From: Oscillospiraceae bacterium
GTDB taxonomy: Bacteria > Bacillota > Clostridia > Oscillospirales > CAG-272
Assembly (NCBI GenBank): GCA_015064735.1
Contig: SVRP01000009.1
Location: 8,474 to 72,473, forward strand
Reading direction: 5' to 3'
DNA: 64,000 nt
In this document: positions 10,901 through 20,122 of the stretch, one piece after another
Layout: the number at the start of each line of letters is the position of its first letter
How positions within the stretch are numbered: the first letter of the stretch is position 1
Program-made: the position numbers and the translations under genes
The notes under the pieces: generated by a model
What the model was told of the DNA's origin: nothing
The model's database searches: none
Seen by the model: only the letters and a program-made list of their open reading frames with translations

Positions 10901-11419
10901 TGAGAAGCATACTTCAACGTCAGCATCGGGATTCTTTATCTTATACTGTATGCACTGATAAAGGAGCAGACCGAGTCCTGCGTTGGGGTCGTTGAGAGCT
11001 TCGGATTTCTGTCTGTAAAAGGCATCTGCCATTACGGTCTTTCCGTTAATATTCGCATATGTAGCGGTTCCCAAGCTCTGAAGATTGGTTTTGTTATTTG
11101 CCGCAGGGAATTTTTCGTAATCCTGATTGATATATTCACCGACCTCGGGATTTACCTTAAGGAATTCATCCTCAAAGAAGGACTTATCCGTATCGTAAAC
11201 AGACGGCGCGATCGGACTGCCGTCCGATGCAAACGCACTTGCGGGAGGATTCTTCGCAAGCTTCATATCTCTATCAAGAACGTTTATCGGAAGCTCTCCC
11301 CCGTTTTCGGGGGAAAGCTTATCTACGTTATATGTAATAGCCGCCACGCTCATGGCGAGGGCGCCGACAACCATGCTTATTGCCAGCAAAACGCATATGA
11401 TTTTTTTTGTATTTCTCAT
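7958..11419 (-). CDS. secreted multidomain protein: tandem phospholipase-D-like domains + LamG-like domain + calcineurin-like metallophosphoesterase
   Basis: Signal peptide MRNTKK..VAA; HVK...SSSN and HAK...SSCN motifs; LamG-like 'HLAIVHD..CYVNG..VGG..F.G.I..VAVW'; GD/GD/GNHD/H/GHD MPP motifs; AAAGGAG RBS before 11419. Confidence 0.72.
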   Translation of the reverse strand: MRNTKKIICVLLAISMVVGALAMSVAAITYNVDKLSPENGGELPINVLDRDMKLAKNPPASAFASDGSPIAPSVYDTDKSFFEDEFLKVNPEVGEYINQDYEKFPAANNKTNLQSLGTATYANINGKTVMADAFYRQKSEALNDPNAGLGLLLYQCIQYKIKNPDADVEVCFSSYRTSPTIAVCVLPQSRYYGYMRSLYGEGNDYDNNGFVRISFMLVEAAKLGIDVTIVGQLNSYKVKQYNAEGTLINFQEPSYIEYFKAGLEQDCYSKYADGKKVSDFMTFRPVEWSLEDKGGTDMMHVKSLTVSHYLATDGTEYEKAIFLSSSNLDAIDYLGRNGNNGSQSGVILTGHDEIYNATVNYIKLMAKYYKQEAIYEMRNLINERNTAQAQLIFEGREAEIPQEEQLIWLGSDTDKIFKVMFTPLPGDMSAWNPDYNPYVEHVQNMYNSTLNHPDEPIIFNFNCANYSNGFNIAETMEVLITKTFNEHKHPENRLCIQAGNYEWDSLANLEVGKDLAFKYFNTKSHGIHAKDLMFSYVKDYKRQYVSLLSSCNFHSGALYYQTNSILTITETEETGNVFFMNFGKASTAGCIVDEGMTFSENERYSMTKEMSELPQTFEATLKLDPATPSVNNSYGMLLSNKDYWHSEVSYEIAEDGHPKVTMWERLADATVKKNVFTFDKVDVRAHKQTHLAIVHDREKAQMLCYVNGELKQTVKQSDISKNDPIQSYGMKNNLVVGGSWMGSNGDYFTGVISKVAVWSDVRTASEIRKDAHRKDFVPDENTIAAYDFTLPTDIRTNDLSANGCHLAKEILWQNVNDVAPVENFAYSFAVLGDIQELSEDYFNDHYLSDKTNGDPYDNEYSDEDTNPYDNKTEYLEMLYNWLIVNKDEHKIKYVMGLGDMTQKSYTAEWDYAKEQLYKLNGIIPFSVVRGNHDKVEPQLWKKVNGKNYYDPDLRFNSLFNKTFNDSVYRAQIDGSYESGDMSNTYNAFTVGNTKYLLLNLDYGASDAVLNWADGIIRKYSDHRVIIITHCYLFRDGTTLDRNDAYPASKSQGGENDGDDMWNKLVSKHKNIILVLSGHDPTDNVVCTRTEGINGNTVTQLLINPQHMDSKLGSTATIAMLYFSEDGNTVTVRYYSVARNQYASEKSQFTFNVG

Positions 11420-11436
11420 AGGTATCTCCTTTTGCA

Positions 11437-14400
11437 TCAGGCAAGCTCATTTACGGTTGCTTTGTTGGAATTAAGTATAAGCTTATCCCAATTGTTATTA
11501 ACATCGCTTCCCGTTACCTTGGATTTATTGATGTTCAATACGTTTTTCGCATTGCTTATGAAGATAAATCCGATAACCTTATTTGCTGTATTATTGGAAA
11601 GTGTTGCGCTGTTAACAGTCAGTGTCGTAGCTGAGCCGGAAGTCATATAGAATACTGCTCCCTTTGATTTGGTTGCATTGTCGTGTGCATTAAGGTCGGT
11701 AACAGTTACGGATGCCGCAGAGCCTATGTATATAGCACCGTTATTTCCAACGTTATTCTTAAGCTCCACCTGATTGAGTGTTACCGACGTACCGGTTGCA
11801 TAGGAGGATATTGCTCCACCTGAGTACGCCACGTTTCCGTCAAATACAGTTCCCGTTATTGTAGCCTGTGTTTTAGCTCTTGCATCAAGAGCGCCGCCGT
11901 AATAAGAGCTTGTCGCGCCACCGGTTACCTTGTTTTCCTTCATAGTACCACCGTTTACCGTGAGAACTACGTTTTCAGCTGTTATTGCTCCGCCTCTCGT
12001 TCCCGCTTCGTTTTCGGTAAAGTCAGTATCGGTAACCGTTACAGTAGCATCTATAACGTAGACAGCTCCGCCGTTTTCGTCTGCAGTGTTGCCTGTAAAG
12101 CTACTATTTGAAACGTCTATTGATTTTTTCGCAACATAAATTGCTCCGCCGTTGGTTGCAGTATTATTCGCAAAGGTACAGCCGTTAATATCAGCATCTC
12201 CACTGACAAGGTAAACTGCTCCACCGTTAGTTGCACCGTTTGCGGTGAACGTGGAATCGGTAATATTCAACGTCGTGTAGGCATATACCGCTCCGCCGTT
12301 GGTGCCTGTGGTATTTTCGCTGAATTCGCTCTTCTCTATGTTCAATACCGCATCAGTATAGCCCCAGAACACTCCGCCGTTTGTACCTGAGGTATTCTTT
12401 GTAAACTTCGAGTCGGATACATTGAGTGTAGATTCTCTTGCAACGCTTATTGCTCCGCCATACTGCTTCGCGCTGTTTTCCTCAAATGCGGCTCCGGTTA
12501 TCTCTACGGTAACGTACTCTGCTACGTAGATAGCTCCGCCTCTTGCCGTTGTTGCGGATTCCGTTGCATTTGCTGCGTTCTTTCTGAATGTTGAGCCGTC
12601 AACAGTAACTACTACCGTATCCTTTTTCGCCTTTTCGAGCACAGATACGTAAATCGCTCCGCCTCTGTACGCGGTATTTTCCTCGTACAGCGAGTCGGTA
12701 TCGTTAAGGGTCGCTGCTTTATCCAAGAAGATAGCTCCGCCATTAGTTGCCGCGATATTCTTCTTAAAGGTAGCGCCTTCAATTACAGCCTTACCCGCTA
12801 CGTTATCGGGAGTCTCTTCGGGGTCTGCAACCTCAGCAACGTAAATTGCTCCGCCGTTGGTCGCCGTATTGCCGATGAATTCAGAACCGCTGTTCTGTAC
12901 AGGTGTGCTTACACCCTCAATCTCAACGGTGGTATCTATACCGTCCTTATAGGTTGCGTTCTCGGCAACGTATACGGCTCCGCCGCTTGTCGCGGTGTTA
13001 CCCGTAAACGTACAGCCAACGGTAGAGGTTGTTCCACTGTTAACACAGATAGCTCCGCCAATTTCCGAGGTGTTCTCGGTAAAGGTGCAGTTGCTTACGT
13101 TAACAGTCGAGCTTGCGTAAATTGCTCCGCCCTTCTTGTCTGCCTCATTCTTTGTGAAGGCGGTGTTCCTTATGTCGATTGCCGTAGATACGCTGAATGC
13201 TCCTCCGGCATTACCTGTTGTATTTTCTTCAAATACAGAATCTTCTACGGTTATTCCGTTACATCCGGACGCGTAGATTGCGCCGCCGCCCGTGCTGTTT
13301 GCTCTGTTCTTATTTGCGACAACATTCTTTAATTCTGCCGCAGCTGCGTTGAGGTATATTGCTCCGCCGCAGTTGGTTGCGTTATTTTCCGTGAATGTTG
13401 CCGTATCTATAGCTATCTTTGCCTTGCTGTTGGTTGCCGCTGCAAATGCACCGCCGTACATTGCGCTGTTACCCGAGAAGGTTGAGCCACCGGTTACAGA
13501 TACCGTTGCTCCCTGTGTAACTCCGATTGCGCCGCCGTAAGTCTTTGCCGTGTATCCAAGCTTTTCCGCAGGCTTTACAAAGCCGTTATTCTTGAACTCG
13601 GAGCCCGAAAGAGTCATTGCGGCATCCGCTCCGTAAACACATACGGCACCGCCGTATATTCTCGTATCGCTCGACGAGCTTGTTTCGGGAACATATGCGG
13701 CATTAGACTCAAACTTACATCCGGACACCGTGGAGTTTGATCCCTTGGCTGCGTATATTGCGCTTCCTGCCGCAAGATAAACTGCCTTTGTGGATGTTAC
13801 GTTGTTAAGATGAACCGTGTTATTATTAAATTCGGAATCAGCTACGTTCATTCCTGCCACGGTATAAAGCGCACCGCCGTTTACCGCATCGTTTCCTATG
13901 AATTTAGAATTCTTTACATTGAGAGTCGAATAAGCATATACCGCTCCGCCGTATCCATTGGTCGTATTTCCGTTGAACTCGGTTGCTTCGATTTCAAATA
14001 CCGAATCGGTGTAACCCCAGAGCGCTCCACCGTTGCTTCTTGAGATATTATTCTTAAAGGTAGCCCCGCTCACCTTAAGAGTTGCCTCTCTTGCAAGGTC
14101 TAACGCTCCTCCGTACTGTGCGGAGAAGTTTTCCTCGAATATTGCGTCGGTTACTTCAACGGTAACGTACTCAGCAACGTGAATTGCTCCACCTCTGGAT
14201 TTTCCATCGGATTCCTCCGTTGTGTTATCCGCTTTATTATTCGTGAAAATCGAATCCGTAAAGGTTGCCAATACGGTATCTTTCTTTTCCTTTTCATACA
14301 CGCCTATGCAGACTGCTCCACCTCTGTATGCGGTATTTCCGCTATAAAGAGATCCTCTATCCTTAAGGACAGAGGCCTCGGTTACGTTTATAGCTCCGCC

Positions 14401-16143
14401 GACTCCGCTCTTGGATACTGCCGCATTGTTCGTAAAGATACAACTTTCAAGCTCTGCGTATGTGCCTTTTCCGCTATCGTCCTTAGCCGATGCAAGCATT
14501 ATTGCTCCACCGCTGCTTGCTTGGTTTTCGTGAAAGGTACAGCCGTTAAGAATAAGCTGACGGATAGCATCCGAGCCTGCGTATGCGTGATATATCGAAC
14601 CGCCGTAGCTCTTTGCCGTATTGCCTATAAACTTCGTATTATACGCGGTTACGGGTCCCGATGTGGAAATAGCTCCTCCGCTTCCCTTCTCAGCTTTATT
14701 ATTCTCAAAGAGAACTCCGTCGTAAATAACTACGGGAGAGTCATAGTAGGAAAGGATCGCTCCTCCCTGCGTACCTGCGTAGTTGCCTCTGAATACAACG
14801 GTATTTTCAGCAGCTCCCTCAGAGCTTATAAAGGTATCTGCGCTGAGGCTTCCCGACGTACATATAGCGCCGCCCTTATTACCTGCGTAGTTATTTTCAA
14901 AGACGCCGGCATAGATCTTTACAACACCGTTGGAGTAAACAACTCCGCCTCGGTTGGCTTGATTGTTGGAAACAGTTCCTTTATGTATGCGAACCGTTCC
15001 GTTATTATATATAACTCCACCGTATCCGGAAAGATTTACTGCCTCTCCGTTTTCGTCGGTAGTTGACGTGGTATTTACGCTGTTGTTTTCAATAACACCG
15101 CCGTACATATGGAATGCCGATCCGTCTCCGACGATTGCAACGGCACCGCCTATTGTCTTACCGGTTCCTATGTACTCCTTGGGAGCATTGTAGGATCTTT
15201 CGTTTCCGACCTTCTTATGGTTGACTATAGATACTCCATCATACATATTGAAGTTTCCGCCGTATATAAGGAAGAATGCGCTTCCCACTACGTCAACCTC
15301 GGTATTGTCGCTGTTACCGTCTACAGTGAGCATGATACTGTCGGAGGTCCATTCGTCCTTTCCGAGAGTAAGCTCTGCCGCCTTTCCAAACTTAACGATA
15401 GACGATTCTCCGTCCTCGGTCTGACCTACTACAAAGAGGTCTCCGTTATAGTTCTTGGCTCTTGTGAGCTTTATAGGCTTTTCGGAGAAAATACGGGTCT
15501 TTCCCGTTACGTAAACAGGGCTGTCTATAACGATATCGCTTGTAAGACGTATCAGATCAGCTCCTCCCTCTGCGCGCTCACGAAGCTCCGCAAGGGTATT
15601 GGTATCCAGGAGCTCCCACCTTGCATAGATATTTACATGCTCGGTAACGGTTCCCTTAGATGGGAAGGGCTTGCCTTCTTCATCAAACCAACCAATGAAT
15701 TTATAACCCGCTCTTACGGGATCCTCAATAGAATAAATGCCGTCTTCGGATACGCCCCAATAAAGAACACCGCCAAGACCCTTGTCTATGGTTATGTAGT
15801 ATTTTGCGGGGATCTTGCTTAACGTGCGCTCCTCGTAGAAGCCGCAAACGCTACAGTCTCTGCGCTCAAGACCTTCTGCGTTTGGCGTATGCTCAACAAG
15901 AGTCCTCCATTCGCTGAAGCTGTGTCCCTTTGCGGGTATCTCCTCGGTCTTAACCTCTCCGCAGGAGGAGCAGGTGTAGGACATACTGCCGCTCTCGGTA
16001 CAGGTAGGCTCTTTATCAACCGTACCCTCTCCAAAGCGGTGCTTATGTGGGATAAGCGCAATAATAACGCCTACAGCCACTCCCACCGCCAAAACAGCAG
16101 CAACGATAATTATCCATGCTTTTTTGGTCATGTTAACTTTCAT
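11437..16143 (-). CDS. large N-terminally anchored surface protein with Pmp-like GGA(I/V)/FxxN beta-helix repeats
   Basis: N-terminal TM, Cys/His repeats (PTCTESG..C..C), Listeria-Bacteroides-repeat-like 'P.RAGYKFIGWF...IYARW', then dozens of FxxN..GGAI repeats. Confidence 0.8.
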   Translation of the reverse strand: MKVNMTKKAWIIIVAAVLAVGVAVGVIIALIPHKHRFGEGTVDKEPTCTESGSMSYTCSSCGEVKTEEIPAKGHSFSEWRTLVEHTPNAEGLERRDCSVCGFYEERTLSKIPAKYYITIDKGLGGVLYWGVSEDGIYSIEDPVRAGYKFIGWFDEEGKPFPSKGTVTEHVNIYARWELLDTNTLAELRERAEGGADLIRLTSDIVIDSPVYVTGKTRIFSEKPIKLTRAKNYNGDLFVVGQTEDGESSIVKFGKAAELTLGKDEWTSDSIMLTVDGNSDNTEVDVVGSAFFLIYGGNFNMYDGVSIVNHKKVGNERSYNAPKEYIGTGKTIGGAVAIVGDGSAFHMYGGVIENNSVNTTSTTDENGEAVNLSGYGGVIYNNGTVRIHKGTVSNNQANRGGVVYSNGVVKIYAGVFENNYAGNKGGAICTSGSLSADTFISSEGAAENTVVFRGNYAGTQGGAILSYYDSPVVIYDGVLFENNKAEKGSGGAISTSGPVTAYNTKFIGNTAKSYGGSIYHAYAGSDAIRQLILNGCTFHENQASSGGAIMLASAKDDSGKGTYAELESCIFTNNAAVSKSGVGGAINVTEASVLKDRGSLYSGNTAYRGGAVCIGVYEKEKKDTVLATFTDSIFTNNKADNTTEESDGKSRGGAIHVAEYVTVEVTDAIFEENFSAQYGGALDLAREATLKVSGATFKNNISRSNGGALWGYTDSVFEIEATEFNGNTTNGYGGAVYAYSTLNVKNSKFIGNDAVNGGALYTVAGMNVADSEFNNNTVHLNNVTSTKAVYLAAGSAIYAAKGSNSTVSGCKFESNAAYVPETSSSSDTRIYGGAVCVYGADAAMTLSGSEFKNNGFVKPAEKLGYTAKTYGGAIGVTQGATVSVTGGSTFSGNSAMYGGAFAAATNSKAKIAIDTATFTENNATNCGGAIYLNAAAAELKNVVANKNRANSTGGGAIYASGCNGITVEDSVFEENTTGNAGGAFSVSTAIDIRNTAFTKNEADKKGGAIYASSTVNVSNCTFTENTSEIGGAICVNSGTTSTVGCTFTGNTATSGGAVYVAENATYKDGIDTTVEIEGVSTPVQNSGSEFIGNTATNGGAIYVAEVADPEETPDNVAGKAVIEGATFKKNIAATNGGAIFLDKAATLNDTDSLYEENTAYRGGAIYVSVLEKAKKDTVVVTVDGSTFRKNAANATESATTARGGAIYVAEYVTVEITGAAFEENSAKQYGGAISVARESTLNVSDSKFTKNTSGTNGGVFWGYTDAVLNIEKSEFSENTTGTNGGAVYAYTTLNITDSTFTANGATNGGAVYLVSGDADINGCTFANNTATNGGAIYVAKKSIDVSNSSFTGNTADENGGAVYVIDATVTVTDTDFTENEAGTRGGAITAENVVLTVNGGTMKENKVTGGATSSYYGGALDARAKTQATITGTVFDGNVAYSGGAISSYATGTSVTLNQVELKNNVGNNGAIYIGSAASVTVTDLNAHDNATKSKGAVFYMTSGSATTLTVNSATLSNNTANKVIGFIFISNAKNVLNINKSKVTGSDVNNNWDKLILNSNKATVNELA

Positions 16144-16413
16144 AGCTTGAACCTTTCTTTTAGATTATTCTGCTAAATTTGTCTTATCATATCGCATTCT
16201 ATACAATAGATAACATATTATACACCTAAACGGGGATTTTGTCAATATATATTTTATTTTGTAGCGTTCAGGCGAAAATTCCTCCCGCTACGGTAGCTCT
16301 TTAAAAAATATTTTTGAATAAAATTTTGGTTTTCTCTTTATTTTCCCTCCGAATCATGCTATAATTGTGTTACAATATGTTGACAACAGGCTTCAACTCA
16401 AAGGAGAAACGCT

Positions 16414-17934
16414 ATGACTTATTACCTTGGAATAGAATTTGGATCTACGAGAATTAAAGCAGTAAAAATAGACGAGAGAGCGTCGGTTATTGCTTCGGGA
16501 GATTTTACCTGGGCTTCGAGCAAAAAAGACGGAATATGGACCTATGACCTTGCGGATGCCAAAGAAGGTCTGAAGGTTGCGCTTAAAGGCGTTGGAGACC
16601 TTAGCGGAATAGCCGCCATGGGTATTTCGGGCATGATGCACGGCCATCTTGCATTTGATGAAAATTGGAATTTGCTTGTTCCTTTCCGCACTTGGCAAAA
16701 TACTGTTACAGCCGAGGCGGCAGGTATTCTCACAAAGGAATTCAATTTCAATATTCCTCAGAGGTGGAGCATCTCACATCTATACCAAGCAATACTCAAT
16801 GATGAGCCTCATGTAAAAAACATCGCTCATATCACCACTCTCGCAGGATATATTCACTACCTTCTGACAGGCGTAAACGCCGTAGGAGCAGGAGAAGCGT
16901 CAGGAATATTTCCTATTGACGAAAATTGCAATTATGACAAGAAAATGCTCGAGAAATTTAACGTTCTTGCAAAAAAATCCGGCTTTAACAAGAACGTAGA
17001 AGATTTGCTTCCCGAGGTACTGCCGGCAGGCAAATGGGCAGGCAAGCTTACAGAGGAAGGCTCACGTCTTACAGGCGGACTCCTCCCCACAGGAATCCCC
17101 TTTGCTCCCCCCGAGGGAGACATGGGCACGGGAATGGTTGCCACCAACTCGGTTACTCCGAGAACCGGAAACGTTTCGGCAGGAACATCTATAAATGCCA
17201 TGGTAGTTCTTGAGCGCCCATTGAAAAAGGTGTACGAGGAGGTTGACGTAGTAACTACACCCTCGGGCAGATTCGTAGCCATGGTTCACTGCAATAACTG
17301 TACCACCGACAGCAACGCGTGGATCTCGGTATTGGGCGAAGCCGCAGCTCTGTTCGGCGCAGACACCGACGGAGAGCTATATACGAAGCTTTACAGAAAA
17401 TCACTTGAGGGTGCTCCCGACTGCGGCGGTGTTATTGTATGTAACTATATCTCGGGTGAGAGCATGACAGGCTTTACCTCGGGCAGACCGATGGTCATAC
17501 GAACCGAGGGCGCGGAGCTCACTCTTGCCAATCTTATGCGCTCGACTCTCTATTCGACTATGGCTACCTTAAAAATCGGTATGGACATACTTTACGGTGA
17601 GGGCGTTGCTATTGACTCCTTTATGGGACACGGCGGACTTTTCAAGACCGAGGGTGTATGTCAGAAATATCTTGCGGCGGCATTTGATGCTCCCGTCAGC
17701 TGTATGACTACCGCAGGCGAGGGCGGTCCTTACGGAATGGCTGTTCTCGCGGCATTCTGCCATCAGTGTCAGGACGGTACCGCGCTTGAGGATTTCCTTG
17801 CGAACAAAATCTTCAAGGATACCCCATACACCACGGTTTGTCCGGATCGGGCGGACGTAGAGGGCTTTGCCAAATATATGAAGCTCTACACGGAGATGCT
17901 CCGTGTAGAAAAAACCGCGACCGAGGTTTTATAA
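16414..17934 (+). CDS. FGGY-family carbohydrate kinase (ribulokinase/xylulokinase-like)
   Basis: LGIEFGSTRIKA, GISGMMHG, PFRTW, IPQRWS, SAGTS, GHGG, EGG.YG motifs. Confidence 0.85.
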   Translation: MTYYLGIEFGSTRIKAVKIDERASVIASGDFTWASSKKDGIWTYDLADAKEGLKVALKGVGDLSGIAAMGISGMMHGHLAFDENWNLLVPFRTWQNTVTAEAAGILTKEFNFNIPQRWSISHLYQAILNDEPHVKNIAHITTLAGYIHYLLTGVNAVGAGEASGIFPIDENCNYDKKMLEKFNVLAKKSGFNKNVEDLLPEVLPAGKWAGKLTEEGSRLTGGLLPTGIPFAPPEGDMGTGMVATNSVTPRTGNVSAGTSINAMVVLERPLKKVYEEVDVVTTPSGRFVAMVHCNNCTTDSNAWISVLGEAAALFGADTDGELYTKLYRKSLEGAPDCGGVIVCNYISGESMTGFTSGRPMVIRTEGAELTLANLMRSTLYSTMATLKIGMDILYGEGVAIDSFMGHGGLFKTEGVCQKYLAAAFDAPVSCMTTAGEGGPYGMAVLAAFCHQCQDGTALEDFLANKIFKDTPYTTVCPDRADVEGFAKYMKLYTEMLRVEKTATEVL

Positions 17935-17965
17935 TAGATATAATAGATAAATCAGGAGAAATCTT

Positions 17966-18730
17966 ATGACCCTTGTACTTCTTACGGCACTTGGAGTAGG
18001 TGGCGCTACGGTTATCGGAGCGATTATCGGTTTTGTTTTCAAAAATATAACCCACAAGTTTTCGGACGTGGTTCTTTCCTTTGCGGCGGGAATCATGCTT
18101 TCGGCAGCTGTTTTCGGGCTTATTGAGCCTTCCTTCGCTCACGGAGAGAATAAATTCGGGCTTGGCATAGGTCTACTCGTAACTGTTGCGGGAATTTTTG
18201 TCGGTGCGCTCTGTCTCAATCTTACCGACAAGCTGGTTCCCCACCTGCACCGACTTGCCGGAGCGGATATAGAAGCACACGACAACAGGGATTTAAGCAA
18301 AATTTTGCTTTTCGTTCTCGCTATAGCAATACATAATCTCCCCGAAGGTATAGCTGCGGGTGTGGGATTCGGCTCGGACAACACGGGCGAAGCTCTCGTT
18401 ATCGCGGGAGGAATCGCCTTGCAGAATATTCCCGAGGGAATGATAATAATCGGCCCCATGCTTGCTGCCGGTATATCAAAAAAGCGCACGCTGATCTGCG
18501 CTATCGGTACGGGACTTGTTGAGGTAATCGGAACGCTTATAGGATATTTTGCCGTCAGTGTTGCCGAAATCATTTTACCATTCGCTCTTGCCTTTGCGGG
18601 CGGCACTATGCTTTACATCATAAGCGACGAAATGATTCCCGAGACTCACCACGACGGCGGTCGGGCTACAACGTATTCCCTGCTTATCGGTTTTGTATTT
18701 ATGCTGGCTATGGATATCCTGCTTGGATAA
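17966..18730 (+). CDS. ZIP-family (ZupT/GufA) metal transporter
   Basis: HNLPEG, QNIPEG, 'FAAGIML', 'EMIPE' motifs. Confidence 0.9.
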   Translation: MTLVLLTALGVGGATVIGAIIGFVFKNITHKFSDVVLSFAAGIMLSAAVFGLIEPSFAHGENKFGLGIGLLVTVAGIFVGALCLNLTDKLVPHLHRLAGADIEAHDNRDLSKILLFVLAIAIHNLPEGIAAGVGFGSDNTGEALVIAGGIALQNIPEGMIIIGPMLAAGISKKRTLICAIGTGLVEVIGTLIGYFAVSVAEIILPFALAFAGGTMLYIISDEMIPETHHDGGRATTYSLLIGFVFMLAMDILLG

Positions 18731-18854
18731 CCAAAATAAAATATCCCCTGTATTTTGACTCGTTTTGCATATAAAATGGCAGAAAACGCATAGACATAGT
18801 GCGTTGTTACTGCTATAATGTATGAAAGCATCATTCAGATTCAGGGGATTTTTT

Positions 18855-20120
18855 ATGTTAAAAGACACTTATAGGTTCAGCCGATTTATGTACATACTAG
18901 AAGCGGCATTCGAATATTTTATCTCAATACTTGTTGCGGGAGCATATCTTGCGAAGCTGACCTCGGAGCTTGGCGTTTCAGACAGTGTTACGGGAATTCT
19001 CAGCTCTGTCGTTTCTCTTGCCTGCGGAGCTCAGGTTTTCGCTATTTTTCTTTTTAAGAACGGCTCGTCAAAGAAAGGCGTTACGATTCTGCACAGTATA
19101 AATCAGCTCTGCTTTGCCTTCATGTATCTCGTTCCGTTTATTGACATACCAAGAGATACGAAAATCGTTGTGTTCATACTGCTCCTCCTTTCGGGACATT
19201 TCATCAATAACGTAGTTCAGCCCTCAAAAATAAACTGGTTCATGGCTCTTGTGGATGACAGCAAGAGAGGTCGCTTTACCGCCAACAAGGAGATCGTTTC
19301 TCTGCTCGGCGGAATGATATTCTCCTTTGCAATGGGTTCGCTCATTGACCGTTACGAGGCGATGGGCCGCATAAAGGAATCCTTTATAATCTGCGGCATT
19401 ACCATTCTCGGTCTCACAGTCCTGCACACCGCAACCCTTATTATGTCAAGGGAAAAGCCCGCAACAGAAAAAGAAAAGGCTCCCATGCGAGAAATTCTTA
19501 CCGGACTTCTTAGGGACAGAAGCTATTTCAAGGTCATATTCGTATCAGTTCTCTGGAACGTCTCCCATTACGTTTCAACTCCGTTTTACGGTACGTATAC
19601 CGTAAAAGAGCTCGGATTTTCCATGACGTTTATCTCGATAATTTCAATGGTTTACGCTCTGGTACGTTCGGCTTTTTCCCGTCCTCTCGGGCGATATGCT
19701 GACAAGCGTTCGTTTGATAAAATGCTGACCGTCTGCTTTTTGGTAGCCATGGTTGGCTTTGCTGTAAATATATTCACCGTTCCTTCCAACGGAAAGGTAT
19801 TTTACATGATTTACTACGTTTTGTACGCAGTGGGAATGGCTGGTATCAACAGCGGCGGAATAAATCTTATATACGAGCATGTCAGCCCCGAAAAGAGAGT
19901 TTGCGCTCTCGCTCTTAAAAACACGCTTGCGGGCATCGCGGGATTTCTTACGACCATTGTTGCAAGCCGTCTGGTAGCCCATATTCAAGCCAACGGAAAC
20001 ACATTCTTCGGTATGCACGTATACGCGCAGCAGGTTACCTCAGCCTTGAGTGTAATTCTGGTTGCCGTAACTATAATATATCTCAATACAGTCGTCATTA
20101 AAAGACACTCCCCGAGGTGA
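18855..20120 (+). CDS. MFS transporter
   Basis: About 12 TM segments, 'GRYADKR' loop motif; start moved to ATG 18855. Confidence 0.75.
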   Translation: MLKDTYRFSRFMYILEAAFEYFISILVAGAYLAKLTSELGVSDSVTGILSSVVSLACGAQVFAIFLFKNGSSKKGVTILHSINQLCFAFMYLVPFIDIPRDTKIVVFILLLLSGHFINNVVQPSKINWFMALVDDSKRGRFTANKEIVSLLGGMIFSFAMGSLIDRYEAMGRIKESFIICGITILGLTVLHTATLIMSREKPATEKEKAPMREILTGLLRDRSYFKVIFVSVLWNVSHYVSTPFYGTYTVKELGFSMTFISIISMVYALVRSAFSRPLGRYADKRSFDKMLTVCFLVAMVGFAVNIFTVPSNGKVFYMIYYVLYAVGMAGINSGGINLIYEHVSPEKRVCALALKNTLAGIAGFLTTIVASRLVAHIQANGNTFFGMHVYAQQVTSALSVILVAVTIIYLNTVVIKRHSPR

Positions 20121-20122
20121 TT

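Noticed and set aside
11437-16143. CRISPR-like or DNA tandem array from recurring gctccgcc motifs
   Set aside because: These are codons of GGA(I/V) protein repeats; spacing and sequence vary at synonymous sites.
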